Shown here piece by piece: positions 1 through 9,213 of a stretch of 64,000 bases of DNA; position 1 is the first letter of the stretch, and each line of letters begins with the position of its first letter. Source of the DNA: an uncultured Prevotella sp. (GTDB taxonomy: Bacteria > Bacteroidota > Bacteroidia > Bacteroidales > Bacteroidaceae); NCBI GenBank assembly GCA_964493905.1, contig CAZBQA010000008.1, positions 13,802 through 77,801 of the forward strand, read 5' to 3'. The translations under genes were made by a program, and so were the position numbers. The notes beneath the pieces were generated by a model. The model searched no databases and was not told the DNA's origin. It saw only the letters and a program-made list of their open reading frames with translations.

Positions 1-1642
1 GCTGCAAGGCGAAGCTCTCGATCTTGAGGCTCACCTCGCCCTGCCGCATCTGTATCCACTGGGTGAGCACGTTGTTGTAATAGTTGATGCTGTCGGTGAG
101 CTCGGCAATATACTGGTAGCGTTGCTGCCTCACATCCTGCGCCTCGGTGCCGGCCTGCAGGCGGTTGACCTCGTTGACCATACGGTCGATGAAGGGCATG
201 ATGCTGTTCACCAGCTGCACCTTGGCGCGCTGCTCGAGGTTGCGGCGTTTGTTCTTGAGCAAGTGTAGTCGGACAATGGCCATCTGCTCTTGTATCTCCT
301 CATAGCGCTCTTGCACCTCGGCATTGTGCTGTTCGTTGCGCTTCTGCCAGGCCTGCAGGGGCTCGAGCAGGGTGTCGAGGGCAAAGCGCTCGTCGTTGCG
401 TCGTCGCATCCTGTCGAACACATAGAGCAACAGCACTACCACGACAATCATGACGATGACGGCGGCGAGCATAATGTTCAGCTGCCGTGCCGACTGGTCG
501 AGCTGACTGGCACGCGCCTCCAGCTGCCGGTCTTGTCGTGTCTGCTCCTGCAGGTCGAGGTAGAGGTTGCGGTTGCGGTCGCTGTTCACCTTGTCGTCGA
601 CGGCCGAATAGACCAAGCTCAGTTGCTCGCGTATCGAGGCCACCAGGTCGGGCGCCTGCTCGATGGCCGTGTTCTGTCCCAGCGCACGCTGCAGGCAGAT
701 GAGGGCCGAGCGATAGTCGTTGATGTGCCAGTAACATTCGGCCAGGGTGCGGTTGGCTCCTGCAATCTGGTACACGTCGCCATATTGCTTGAAGATATCC
801 AGTGCCCGTTGGGCCAGGTTGCCGGCCAAGAGCGAGTCGGGCATCTTGTCGGTGTTGATGTAACGCATATCGGGACCATACTCCTCCAGGAGCATGGTAC
901 GCTGAGGCACGCGTTGCAGGTGTTCGCTCATGGCCTGCATCGACTGAGCCACCCAGAACGGGTAACGCTTTTCCTGAACCACAAGGTGGCAGCGCAAGAG
1001 ATAGTCGAACTCTGTCTTGGCAATCTCGGCCGGCGTGCCTTGTGTGATTATGCCGCCCGCTCCGATGTTATACCAATAGCACAACATCTGGGCTGTGTCT
1101 TCCTGAATATCGCCCTCAGGGTCGATCTTGTCCAGGGCCCTGATGGCATTCTCTGTCAGACCTACATAATAGAAATAGGTGGCGGCCACCACCTGAAACT
1201 CAGAGCGGGCATAGATGAGCCGGCGACGTTGGTGGGGCGTGAGGTGGTCGGGTTCGTTGTCGATACGGCGCAGGCGCAGGGCGGCACGCTCACGATAGAC
1301 ATAGAACTCCTTGTTGTGCGAGCGACGCTGGCACAGGCGCATGAACTGGATGTCAGCGATGAGCTGCTCCACCTGGCTGTCGGTACGGTCGGAGGCTTGC
1401 TGCAGCAGGCGTTGCGCCTGGTTGTACTGCATCCTTGCCAGGCATACGAAGGCCAGGTTGTTCAGAGCCTCGGCAGCCCCGGCATCATAGCCGTCGGCCA
1501 TGCGAAAGGCTTGCTCGGCATAGTGCATCGTAGAGTCGAGGTCGCGGTAATGGTAAGCATACGATAGCTCGTTCAGCTTGTCAATCTGCTCTTTGTGCTG
1601 ACTTCCACAGGCTGAAAGGATGGTAATGCAAACAATGGACAT
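1..1642 (-). CDS. TPR-repeat membrane sensor protein, N-terminal part (gene runs off the left edge). It has a lipoprotein-type signal, a TPR-like region, one TM segment and a coiled coil, and is possibly the sensor part of a histidine-kinase-like protein.
   Basis: My own reverse-strand translation from the ATG at 1642-1640 reads MSIVCITILSACGSQHKEQIDKLNELSYAYHYRDLDSTMHYAEQAF... and stays open to base 1. A hydrophobic segment LNIMLAAVIVMIVVVVLLLYVF is encoded near 420-490. The listed + ORF 290-1567 is its antisense shadow. Confidence 0.75.
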   Translation of the reverse strand, partial: MSIVCITILSACGSQHKEQIDKLNELSYAYHYRDLDSTMHYAEQAFRMADGYDAGAAEALNNLAFVCLARMQYNQAQRLLQQASDRTDSQVEQLIADIQFMRLCQRRSHNKEFYVYRERAALRLRRIDNEPDHLTPHQRRRLIYARSEFQVVAATYFYYVGLTENAIRALDKIDPEGDIQEDTAQMLCYWYNIGAGGIITQGTPAEIAKTEFDYLLRCHLVVQEKRYPFWVAQSMQAMSEHLQRVPQRTMLLEEYGPDMRYINTDKMPDSLLAGNLAQRALDIFKQYGDVYQIAGANRTLAECYWHINDYRSALICLQRALGQNTAIEQAPDLVASIREQLSLVYSAVDDKVNSDRNRNLYLDLQEQTRQDRQLEARASQLDQSARQLNIMLAAVIVMIVVVVLLLYVFDRMRRRNDERFALDTLLEPLQAWQKRNEQHNAEVQERYEEIQEQMAIVRLHLLKNKRRNLEQRAKVQLVNSIMPFIDRMVNEVNRLQAGTEAQDVRQQRYQYIAELTDSINYYNNVLTQWIQMRQGEVSLKIESFALQ

Positions 1643-1694
1643 TACCCAAGATATGGTCTTACGCACCCGCAATGAATGAAGAGTAATAATAAGG

Positions 1695-1758
1695 GAAAGA
1701 AAAAGACCACGAACCAGGGCCCTGAGAACTGCGATCTGCTCTGTAGCTCTGGTCCGTG
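1695..1758 (-). terminator. Candidate intrinsic terminator downstream of eda
   Basis: On the minus strand, CACGGACCAG pairs with CTGGTTCGTG (10 bp, one G-U) around a long loop, followed by GTCTTTTTCTTTCCC. Confidence 0.45.
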
Positions 1759-1780
1759 ACCCGTTAGATGCGGTAAGGCG

Positions 1781-2452
1781 TTAAGCGCGAGCCTCCTTGA
1801 TATAGCCAAGAGCCTCGGCACACTTGTCGCTGATGGCCTTCCAGTTAGCTTCGGCAATCACTTCCTTGGGGAAGAGCTGCGAGCCCATACCCACACAGAG
1901 CACACCGGCCTTGATCCAGGCGCTGAGGTTCTCCTTGTCGGGCGATACGGCACCAGTGACCATGATGTTCGACCAGCGCAGCGGGCCGAGCACATTCTTC
2001 ACAAACGACGGGCCACCCACGTTGCCAGCAGGGAACACCTTGGTGACGTCGCACCCGGCGGCCTGGGCGTTGCTGATCTCGGTCACGCTGCCGCAGCCGG
2101 GCGAATAGGGCACCAGTCGACGGTTGCACACCGGCGCAATCTCGGGCACAAAGTTGGGACCCACGATGAAGTTGGCACCCAACTGGATATACAGGGCTGC
2201 CGTGGGGGCATCAATCACGGTGCCGGCACCCAGGATGAGCTCGGGGCACTCCTTGTCGGCCCACTTCACCAGTGCGCCGAAGATTTCGTGTGCGAAGTCA
2301 CCACGGTTGGTGAACTCGAACACGCGCACGCCACCCTCGTAGCAAGCCTTGATGACGTTCTTGCAGACGTCGAGGTCTTTGTTGAAGAACACGGGAACCA
2401 TACCAGTGGCCCGCATGGCCTCGATCACTTGTATCTTATTAAACTTTGCCAT
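1781..2452 (-). CDS. eda: 2-dehydro-3-deoxyphosphogluconate (KDPG) / 4-hydroxy-2-oxoglutarate aldolase
   Basis: The 223-aa ORF starts [26 protein letters not shown] and continues ...GAGTVID...VKVFPA, the typical Eda/KdgA class I aldolase layout. It sits immediately downstream of kdgK. Confidence 0.92.
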   Translation of the reverse strand: MAKFNKIQVIEAMRATGMVPVFFNKDLDVCKNVIKACYEGGVRVFEFTNRGDFAHEIFGALVKWADKECPELILGAGTVIDAPTAALYIQLGANFIVGPNFVPEIAPVCNRRLVPYSPGCGSVTEISNAQAAGCDVTKVFPAGNVGGPSFVKNVLGPLRWSNIMVTGAVSPDKENLSAWIKAGVLCVGMGSQLFPKEVIAEANWKAISDKCAEALGYIKEARA

Positions 2453-2515
2453 AATCGTATAGGAATTATTTTCCTTTCTTTTAGGTAAATCTGATTGGTG
2501 TTGTGTTGTAATGGC

Positions 2516-3538
2516 TTATCGCTGCACGCGTCCGTTGGCGTTGCCACCGGCCAGACTCTCCACCTCAGCCTCGCTCACGAGGTTAAAGTCGCCAGGGATG
2601 GTGTGCTTCAGTGCCGATGCGGCCACGGCAAACTCGAGGGCCTCGCCCTGTGTGGGCTTGGTCAGCAGACCGTGGATGAGACCGCCCGAGAACGAGTCGC
2701 CACCACCCACGCGGTCGATGATGGGGTTAATGTCGTAGTGCTTGCTCTGGTAGAACTCCTTGCCATCGTAGATCAGGGCCTTCCAGCCATTGTGTGTGGC
2801 GCTGTACGACTCACGCAGCGTGCTCACCACATACTTGAAACCAAACTCAGCCATCATGCCCTTGAAGATACCATAATAACCCTCGGCATCGGTCTTGCCG
2901 CCCTCTACATCGGCGTCGGGTTTGAAGCCCAGGCAGAGCTGTGCGTCTTCCTCGTTGCCGATACATACCTCGACATACTTCATCAGCGGGCGCATCACCG
3001 AGATGGCCTTCTCTGAGGTCCAGAGCTTCTTGCGGAAATTGAGGTCCACCGACACCGTCACGCCGTGACGCTTGGCAGCCTCGCAGGCCAGACGGGTGAG
3101 CTCGGCAGCCTTGTCGGAGATGGCCGGCGTGATGCCGCTCCAGTGGAACCACTGGGCACCCTCCATAATGGCATCGAAGTCGAAATCAGCGGCATCGGCC
3201 TCGGCAATGGCACTGTTGGCACGGTCGTAGATGACCTTCGACGGACGCATCGAAGCACCGGTCTCGGCATAATACAGCCCCACGCGGTCGCCACCACGGG
3301 CCACAAACTGTGTGTTCACACCATAGCGACGCAAGGCGTTGATGGCGATTTGCCCAATCTCATGCGAAGGGAGCTTGCTCACGAAGTAAGCCTCATGGCC
3401 ATAGTTGGCCACACTGACGGCCACATTGGCCTCACCACCACCGGGGATGATACGGAAATGATCGGTCTGGATGAAACGGTCGTTGCCCTCGGGCGACAGA
3501 CGAAGCATAATCTCGCCTAATGTTACGATTTTAGCCAT
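2516..3538 (-). CDS. kdgK: 2-dehydro-3-deoxygluconokinase (PfkB family sugar kinase)
   Basis: The 340-aa ORF starts MAKIVTLGEIMLRLSP and carries the C-terminal PfkB signature DRVGGGDSFSGGLIHGL. It forms an operon with eda. Confidence 0.92.
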   Translation of the reverse strand: MAKIVTLGEIMLRLSPEGNDRFIQTDHFRIIPGGGEANVAVSVANYGHEAYFVSKLPSHEIGQIAINALRRYGVNTQFVARGGDRVGLYYAETGASMRPSKVIYDRANSAIAEADAADFDFDAIMEGAQWFHWSGITPAISDKAAELTRLACEAAKRHGVTVSVDLNFRKKLWTSEKAISVMRPLMKYVEVCIGNEEDAQLCLGFKPDADVEGGKTDAEGYYGIFKGMMAEFGFKYVVSTLRESYSATHNGWKALIYDGKEFYQSKHYDINPIIDRVGGGDSFSGGLIHGLLTKPTQGEALEFAVAASALKHTIPGDFNLVSEAEVESLAGGNANGRVQR

Positions 3539-3669
3539 TTTCTTTACTTTTTAATTTCAATTGTTTCTGTAAATTAGATTACTTGCTGGTTTGCACGGCA
3601 AAAATAAAGATAATTTTCGAGAACGGGAAAGAAAAAGACAAAAATCACCGCATTTTGGTAAATTATTCT

Positions 3670-3687
3670 ATTGTGCTTTTACACAAT
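3670..3687. promoter_or_regulatory. Inverted repeat ATTGTG-N6-CACAAT, a candidate LacI-family operator in the kdgK / regulator divergent promoter region
   Basis: The arms are perfect 6-bp inverted repeats (3670-3675 and 3682-3687), located between the divergent genes kdgK and the LacI-type regulator. Confidence 0.3.
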
Positions 3688-3701
3688 TCAACTTTTATTG
3701 T

Positions 3702-3709
3702 TATTTTTG
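3702..3709 (+). promoter_or_regulatory. Bacteroidetes-type -7 promoter box TATTTTTG (consensus TAnnTTTG) for the LacI-family regulator
   Basis: The motif ends 23 nt upstream of the ATG at 3732. Confidence 0.5.
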
Positions 3710-3731
3710 CAAACAAACAAACCAAAAGGAA

Positions 3732-4796
3732 ATGGCAGACAAAATCAGAATCAAGGACATTGCCATCAGGGCAGGCGTGTCGGTGGGAACGGTAGACAGG
3801 GTGTTGCACGAGCGCCCCAATGTGTCGCCGGCAGCGAGGGTGAAGGTGGAGAAAGCGCTCCAGGAGATGAACTACCAGCCCAACATGTATGCCTCGGCAC
3901 TGGCCTACAACAAGTCGTACACCTTTTATATACTTATTCCCAAGCATGACCAGGTGGCCTATTGGGAAGAGATTGAGGAGGGGGTGAGGATGGCCGAGGA
4001 GGCCCACCGCGACTTCCATATCAAAGTGGAGATCATGTATTACGAGCGCTTCGAGGACCAGAACTTCAGCGAAGCGGCCAACAGATGTTTGGCGGCCAAT
4101 CCCGATGGTGTGGTGATCGTACCCTCCGACCTGGAGATCACACAGCAGTTTACCGATCAGCTGCACGCGAACAACATCTCCTTTGTCATGCTCGACTCCT
4201 ATATGCCCGACCTCAAGCCATTGGCTTTCTTTGGACAAGATTCCTTTTCCAGTGGCTATTTCGCCGCCCGCATGCTCATGCTCATCGCCAACAAGGAGCA
4301 AGAGATCTTGCTCTTCAAGCTCACCAACGAAGGACGTGTGGTCAGCAAACAGCAAGACAACCGCGAGGTGGGCTTCCGCCATTACATGCACGACCATTTT
4401 CCTTCGATCAACATCACCACTCTCGACCTGCCGCTCGCTGCCTCGCGTCAGGAGTACGACCAGATGCTCGAGAGCTATTTCCAGCAACACCCCAACATCC
4501 ACCACTGCATCACCCTGGGCTCCAAAGCCCATGTCATGGGCGACTTTCTCTTGCGCACCAACCGCCGCGACGTGCAGATCATGGGCTACGACATGGTGGG
4601 CAAGAACGCCGAGTGCCTGCGCCAAGGCAGCATCTCGTTCCTCATCGCCCAACATGCCTATCAGCAGGGCTACTCGTGTGTAGACGCTCTGTTCAAGGCC
4701 ATAGTATTGAAGAAAAAAGTGCAGCCGGTCAACTACATGCCCATCGAACTGCTCAGCAAGGAGAATGTAGACTTCTACCGCCGTACCCAGCTGTAA
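3732..4796 (+). CDS. LacI family transcriptional regulator (probable hexuronate/pectin regulon repressor)
   Basis: The N-terminal HTH reads MADKIRIKDIAIRAGVSVGTVDRVLHERPNVS and is followed by a periplasmic-binding-protein-like fold. I chose the internal ATG at 3732, because the upstream part of ORF 3591-4796 is AT-rich promoter DNA. Confidence 0.88.
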   Translation: MADKIRIKDIAIRAGVSVGTVDRVLHERPNVSPAARVKVEKALQEMNYQPNMYASALAYNKSYTFYILIPKHDQVAYWEEIEEGVRMAEEAHRDFHIKVEIMYYERFEDQNFSEAANRCLAANPDGVVIVPSDLEITQQFTDQLHANNISFVMLDSYMPDLKPLAFFGQDSFSSGYFAARMLMLIANKEQEILLFKLTNEGRVVSKQQDNREVGFRHYMHDHFPSINITTLDLPLAASRQEYDQMLESYFQQHPNIHHCITLGSKAHVMGDFLLRTNRRDVQIMGYDMVGKNAECLRQGSISFLIAQHAYQQGYSCVDALFKAIVLKKKVQPVNYMPIELLSKENVDFYRRTQL

Positions 4797-4867
4797 GACC
4801 GGCTATATACTGTTCACCCGCCAACAACATCAATGACAACATCATAAAACAAACGAATAAAACAACA

Positions 4868-6364
4868 ATGAACGAATCAACATTTATCAAGATCAATCCT
4901 GCCGACAATGTCGTCGTGTGCCTGCGCCCCTTCCAAAAGGGCGAGACCATCGACGTGGACGGCAAAACCATTACCCTTTTGCAGGACACGCCCGCCGGAC
5001 ACAAGGTGCTGACGGCCGATGCCCCCGAAGGCTCCAATATCATCAAATATGGTTATCCCATCGGACATGCCATCACCGACCTCAAGGCCGGCACATGGGT
5101 GAGTGAAAACAATCTCAAGACCAACCTCGTTGGTACTCTCTCCTACGAGTACCACCCAGTGGCCGACAGTCTCGACATCGCCCATGAGGACCTCACCTTC
5201 CAGGGCTACCGCCGCGCCAACGGCGAGGTGGGCGTGCGCAACGAGATATGGATCGTACCCACCGTGGGTTGCGTCAACGGCATTGCCGAACGACTGGTGA
5301 ACATGCTCACCCAGGAGACGGGCCTTCAGGGCATCGACGCGATACACGCCTGGAACCACAACTACGGCTGCTCACAGCTGAGCGGCGACCACGAGAACAC
5401 GCGCAAGGTGCTGCGTGACATCTGTCTTCACCCCAACGCAGGCGGTGTGCTGGTGTTGTCGCTGGGATGCGAGAACAACCAGCCCGATGCCTTCATGGAG
5501 ATGTTGGGCGACTACGACCGCGACCGCATCAAACTGCTTGTCACCCAAAAAGTTGAAGGCGACGAGCTGGAGGAAGGCATGAAGATACTTCGCCAGCTCT
5601 ATGATACGGCCCGTCACGACCAGCGCGAAGCAGTGCCACTGAGCGAGCTGCGGGTGGGACTGAAGTGCGGAGGCAGCGATGGCTTCAGCGGCATCACCGC
5701 CAACCCGTTGGTAGGCGAGTTCTCCGACTACCTCGTGGCACAGGGTGGCACCACCATCCTGACCGAGGTACCCGAGATGTTTGGTGCCGAGACCATCCTC
5801 ATGAACCGTTGCAAGACCGAGGAGCTCTTTGGGCAGACGGTCAGCATGATCAATAATTTCAAGGAGTACTTCCTCTCGCACGGCGAGCCCGTAGGCGAGA
5901 ATCCCTCGCCCGGCAACAAGGCCGGTGGCATCTCCACCCTCGAAGACAAGGCACTGGGCTGCACGCAGAAATGCGGCAAGGCCTTGGTGAGTGGTGTGCT
6001 GGAGTATGGCGACCGACTGACCGAGCATGGCCTCAACCTGCTCTCTGCCCCCGGCAACGACCTGGTGGCCTCCACCGCCCTGGCCGCCGCAGGCTGTCAG
6101 CTCGTGCTCTTCACCACTGGCCGTGGCACGCCCTTCGGTACCTTCGTGCCCACGATGAAGATCTCGACCAACAGCGACCTCTTCGCCCGCAAGCCCAACT
6201 GGATTGACTTCAATGCCGGAGAGTTGCTGCACGGCGTGACGATGAAAGAGCTGAACCGCAAATTTATCGCCAAGATCATCGCTGTGGCCAGCGGCGAGCA
6301 GACACGCAACGAGGCCAACGGGTACCGCGAAATATCTATATTCAAGAACGGTGTGACGCTCTGA
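4868..6364 (+). CDS. uxaA: Altronate dehydratase
   Basis: The ORF starts at the ATG at 4868 with a SAF-type N-terminus, MNESTFIKINPADNVVVCLRPFQKGE. It is 498 aa with a typical UxaA length and C-terminal domain. The listed ORF 4085-6364 is an in-frame read-through that overlaps the regulator gene. Confidence 0.92.
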   Translation: MNESTFIKINPADNVVVCLRPFQKGETIDVDGKTITLLQDTPAGHKVLTADAPEGSNIIKYGYPIGHAITDLKAGTWVSENNLKTNLVGTLSYEYHPVADSLDIAHEDLTFQGYRRANGEVGVRNEIWIVPTVGCVNGIAERLVNMLTQETGLQGIDAIHAWNHNYGCSQLSGDHENTRKVLRDICLHPNAGGVLVLSLGCENNQPDAFMEMLGDYDRDRIKLLVTQKVEGDELEEGMKILRQLYDTARHDQREAVPLSELRVGLKCGGSDGFSGITANPLVGEFSDYLVAQGGTTILTEVPEMFGAETILMNRCKTEELFGQTVSMINNFKEYFLSHGEPVGENPSPGNKAGGISTLEDKALGCTQKCGKALVSGVLEYGDRLTEHGLNLLSAPGNDLVASTALAAAGCQLVLFTTGRGTPFGTFVPTMKISTNSDLFARKPNWIDFNAGELLHGVTMKELNRKFIAKIIAVASGEQTRNEANGYREISIFKNGVTL

Positions 6365-6397
6365 CATCTGCCTCGCAGGGCCTCACCCAAATAAACT

Positions 6398-6423
6398 GCC
6401 GGCCACCCCACTGGGTGGCCGGC
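6398..6423 (+). terminator. GC-rich hairpin (11-bp stem, 4-nt loop) between uxaA and the NhaC-family gene; no U-tract
   Basis: GCCGGCCACCC-CACT-GGGTGGCCGGC forms a perfect stem 33 nt after the uxaA stop. Confidence 0.5.
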
Positions 6424-6435
6424 TAACACGGCAAC

Positions 6436-7710
6436 ATGAGCAAAGGACTATTGGCATTATCGCCATTGATGGTTTTTATCGGTTTGTATCTGGTGCTGAG
6501 CATCATTGCAGGCGACTTCTACAAGGTGCCTATGACGGTCATCTTCATGGTCGCCAGCATTTATGCCATCGCCGTATCCAACACTTTCCCGTTCAAGAAA
6601 CGCATCGACATCTTCAGTCGTGGCGCCAGTTCCGACAGTCTTATGCTCATGCTCTGGATCTATGTGTTGGCCGGTGCCTTCGCAGCCTCGGCCAAGGGCA
6701 TGGGGGCCATCGACGCCACGGTCAACCTGTCGTTGAGCATCCTCCCTACCAACATGCTGCTGCCGGGCTTGTTTGTAGCCACCTGTTTCATTTCTATATC
6801 CATCGGCACGAGTGTGGGAACGGTGGTGGCCCTCACCCCCATCGCCGCCGGCATCGCCCAGCAGACGGGTGCCGACATCCCACTCATGACCGCCGTCATC
6901 GTGGGCGGAGCCTATTTCGGCGACAACCTCTCGTTTATCTCAGACACCACCGTGGTGGCCACCCAGACCCAGGGCTGCAAGATGAGCGATAAGTTCAGGG
7001 TCAACTCGCTCATTGTGGCGCCTGCCGCGATACTCATCCTGGTAATCTATGCCATCATGGGACAAGGCATGCAGCCTCCCGCCCATATCCCCGAGGTCGA
7101 CTATCTGAAGGTGGTACCCTACGTGGTGGTGCTCATCACCGCCGTCTGTGGCATGAATGTCATGGCCGTACTCACCATCGGCATTGCCCTCTGTGGCATC
7201 ATCGGCCTGTGGACTGGCAGCTACGAGCTCTTCGGATGGATGGGAGAGATGGGAAAGGGCATCGTGGGCATGGGCGAACTGATCATCATCGCCATGATGG
7301 CCGGTGGCATGCTCGAGATCATCAGGGAGAACGGTGGCATCGACTACATCATCCGCCGACTCACGGCCCACGTGCATGGCAAGCGCGGGGCGGAGCTGTC
7401 GATTGGGGCACTGGTGAGCCTGGTCAACATCTGTACGGCCAACAACACAGTGGCCATCCTCACCGTGGGCAACATCGCCAAGCAGATTGGCGACAAGTAT
7501 GGCGTCGACAACCGTAAGTGTGCCAGCATCCTCGACACCTTCTCGTGTACCGTGCAGGGCCTCATTCCCTACGGCGTGCAGATGCTGCTGGCCGCCGGAC
7601 TGGCACATATCAACCCCATGCAGATCCTGCCCTACCTCTATTATCCCATGGCCATTGGTGTGGCCACGGTACTGGCCATCCTCTTCCGCTATCCCCGTAA
7701 ATACTCATAG
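6436..7710 (+). CDS. nhaC: Na+/H+ antiporter NhaC family membrane transporter
   Basis: The 424-aa polytopic membrane protein starts MSKGLLALSPLMVFIGLYLVLSIIAGDFYKVPM and has the NhaC-family organisation. It lies downstream of uxaA on the same strand. Confidence 0.8.
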   Translation: MSKGLLALSPLMVFIGLYLVLSIIAGDFYKVPMTVIFMVASIYAIAVSNTFPFKKRIDIFSRGASSDSLMLMLWIYVLAGAFAASAKGMGAIDATVNLSLSILPTNMLLPGLFVATCFISISIGTSVGTVVALTPIAAGIAQQTGADIPLMTAVIVGGAYFGDNLSFISDTTVVATQTQGCKMSDKFRVNSLIVAPAAILILVIYAIMGQGMQPPAHIPEVDYLKVVPYVVVLITAVCGMNVMAVLTIGIALCGIIGLWTGSYELFGWMGEMGKGIVGMGELIIIAMMAGGMLEIIRENGGIDYIIRRLTAHVHGKRGAELSIGALVSLVNICTANNTVAILTVGNIAKQIGDKYGVDNRKCASILDTFSCTVQGLIPYGVQMLLAAGLAHINPMQILPYLYYPMAIGVATVLAILFRYPRKYS

Positions 7711-7712
7711 CC

Positions 7713-8504
7713 ATGAATGTCATCACCCGCAACTTCTTCCGCTTGCTTCGCTCGGGCGCGCTCAACGAGTATGAGCCACTGGAGCCCATGTCGGCCTTCA
7801 AGTGGGACCGGCTCGACCAGATGGTCCACGCACAGCATGTGAGTGCGGCCGCACAGAAGGGTGTGCGCAACCATCAGTACGACGAGATGATGAACATCCC
7901 TGAGCGACTCATCAGGGCAGAGGTGGGCGATACCAACCACAACGATGTGTACCAGCTGAGCAACCGGTTTCTCAACCACCGCCTCAGGCGCATTGCCGAG
8001 AACGAGCGCCATGCCATCGACACCAACATCGGCTCGCTCGAAGTGCTCAATATCATTGTGGGCAATGTGTCGAGCATGCTCAACAGGGGTATGATGCTCA
8101 GCGGCATCATCCAGCTGGGCAGCTACCTCAGGACCAAAGGCGACAAGGTCGACTTTGTGAAACTCGACAACTGGCTCAGCAAGCTACACATCCGTCGCAT
8201 GGCACAGCTGCAGGGCAGCATGCTCATCGCGGTGTTTAATTTTGAGCAAGACGAGCTGCCTTTCGTGCAGCGCATCGAGCCCGCCGCCTATCAGCTGGTG
8301 TTGCGCTCGGTGAGCCACTCGGCCAGCGACACCGCCGAGGAGTGGCATTTCCGACAGAGCCGAACGGGCTTCGTACAAAACAACTCCACCCTCCTCCGCC
8401 GCAACCTCCGCCGTAGTCTGCGTTACATCACCTACGCGCCCATCGAGACCGTGAGCAACTACTTCAACAACTTTGCCAAGTCGTTACAGGAGATCGAGGA
8501 ATAA
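7713..8504 (+). CDS. Hypothetical protein, 263 aa, soluble and helical, no recognised motif
   Basis: The start is 2 nt after the nhaC stop. Third-position GC bias matches neighbouring genes, and a strong hairpin follows at 8593-8644. Confidence 0.7.
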   Translation: MNVITRNFFRLLRSGALNEYEPLEPMSAFKWDRLDQMVHAQHVSAAAQKGVRNHQYDEMMNIPERLIRAEVGDTNHNDVYQLSNRFLNHRLRRIAENERHAIDTNIGSLEVLNIIVGNVSSMLNRGMMLSGIIQLGSYLRTKGDKVDFVKLDNWLSKLHIRRMAQLQGSMLIAVFNFEQDELPFVQRIEPAAYQLVLRSVSHSASDTAEEWHFRQSRTGFVQNNSTLLRRNLRRSLRYITYAPIETVSNYFNNFAKSLQEIEE

Positions 8505-8592
8505 CTTTTCTGAACAGCATTGATGGTGGATTCCCTGACAACAGACCTTGTCACCCCACCATTCCGCAACCCATACCCTGGCAGCAACCAGG

Positions 8593-8644
8593 CCAACGCC
8601 AAAGGGGGAACACACCGCGCGGTGTGTCCCCCCTTTGGCGTTGG
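8593..8644. terminator. Long near-perfect hairpin, probably a bidirectional terminator between convergent genes
   Basis: CCAACGCCAAAGGGGGAACACACCGCG / CGCGGTGTGTCCCCCCTTTGGCGTTGG form a 52-nt inverted repeat. Confidence 0.6.
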
Positions 8645-8687
8645 TCAAGTCCGTCGGGTTCTCCCCCCTACTTGGTCAAGCCCCATG

Positions 8688-9200
8688 TCAGACCTCGGCC
8701 TGTGCTGGGGTATGCGTCTCCTTATAGTATTCGAGAAAGAGGCGAAGGGCCTTATTGGTGGCGATGGCGAGGTTGATGTCGCGACCGAAGTCCTCGGTGA
8801 GCTTGTAGGCGCGCACCTCGTCGGCATTACCATAGGCCAGCCAGATAGTGCCCACCGGTATGTCGGGTGTGCCACCTGTGGGCCCCGCTGTACCCGTCAC
8901 GGCGATGGCATAGCTGCATCCAAGAGCCTTGCAGGCACCCGTCACCATTTGCTTGGCCACCTCCTCGCTCACGGCCGTCTGTGTCTCGAGCACCTCGTGC
9001 GACACCCCCAGCAACTGTTCCTTCACCTCGTTGGTATAGGCGATGATGCCACCCTTGAAGTAGCTTGAGGCACCGGGTGTGGCGATGATGGCCTCGGCCA
9101 CGCGTCCTCCCGTGCAGCTCTCGGCCGTTCCCAGTGTGTCTTTGTCGTCGTAGAGAGCCTCCTGGATCATGCGGCTCAGCATCTTGCTTTCAAATTCCAT
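8688..9200 (-). CDS. pncC: CinA-family protein / nicotinamide-nucleotide amidohydrolase
   Basis: The 170-aa ORF contains LGTAESCTGGRVAEAIIATPGASSYFKGGIIAYTNEVK, the typical stand-alone CinA C-terminal (PncC) domain. Confidence 0.85.
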   Translation of the reverse strand: MEFESKMLSRMIQEALYDDKDTLGTAESCTGGRVAEAIIATPGASSYFKGGIIAYTNEVKEQLLGVSHEVLETQTAVSEEVAKQMVTGACKALGCSYAIAVTGTAGPTGGTPDIPVGTIWLAYGNADEVRAYKLTEDFGRDINLAIATNKALRLFLEYYKETHTPAQAEV

Positions 9201-9213
9201 GTTTCGTTGCGTG

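Noticed and set aside
290-1567. A 425-aa + strand ORF across the first 1.6 kb.
   Set aside because: Its translation is low-complexity and rich in Val, Leu, Gly, His and Gln, typical of the antisense frame of a high-GC gene. The minus strand reads as a coherent TPR/sensor protein that starts at 1642 and stays open to the window edge.
4085-4867. An N-terminal 261-aa extension of the uxaA ORF (the listed ORF 4085-6364).
   Set aside because: The extension overlaps the LacI-family regulator gene in another frame and is rich in Arg, Pro and His. The canonical UxaA N-terminus (MNESTFIKINPADNVVV) begins at 4868.
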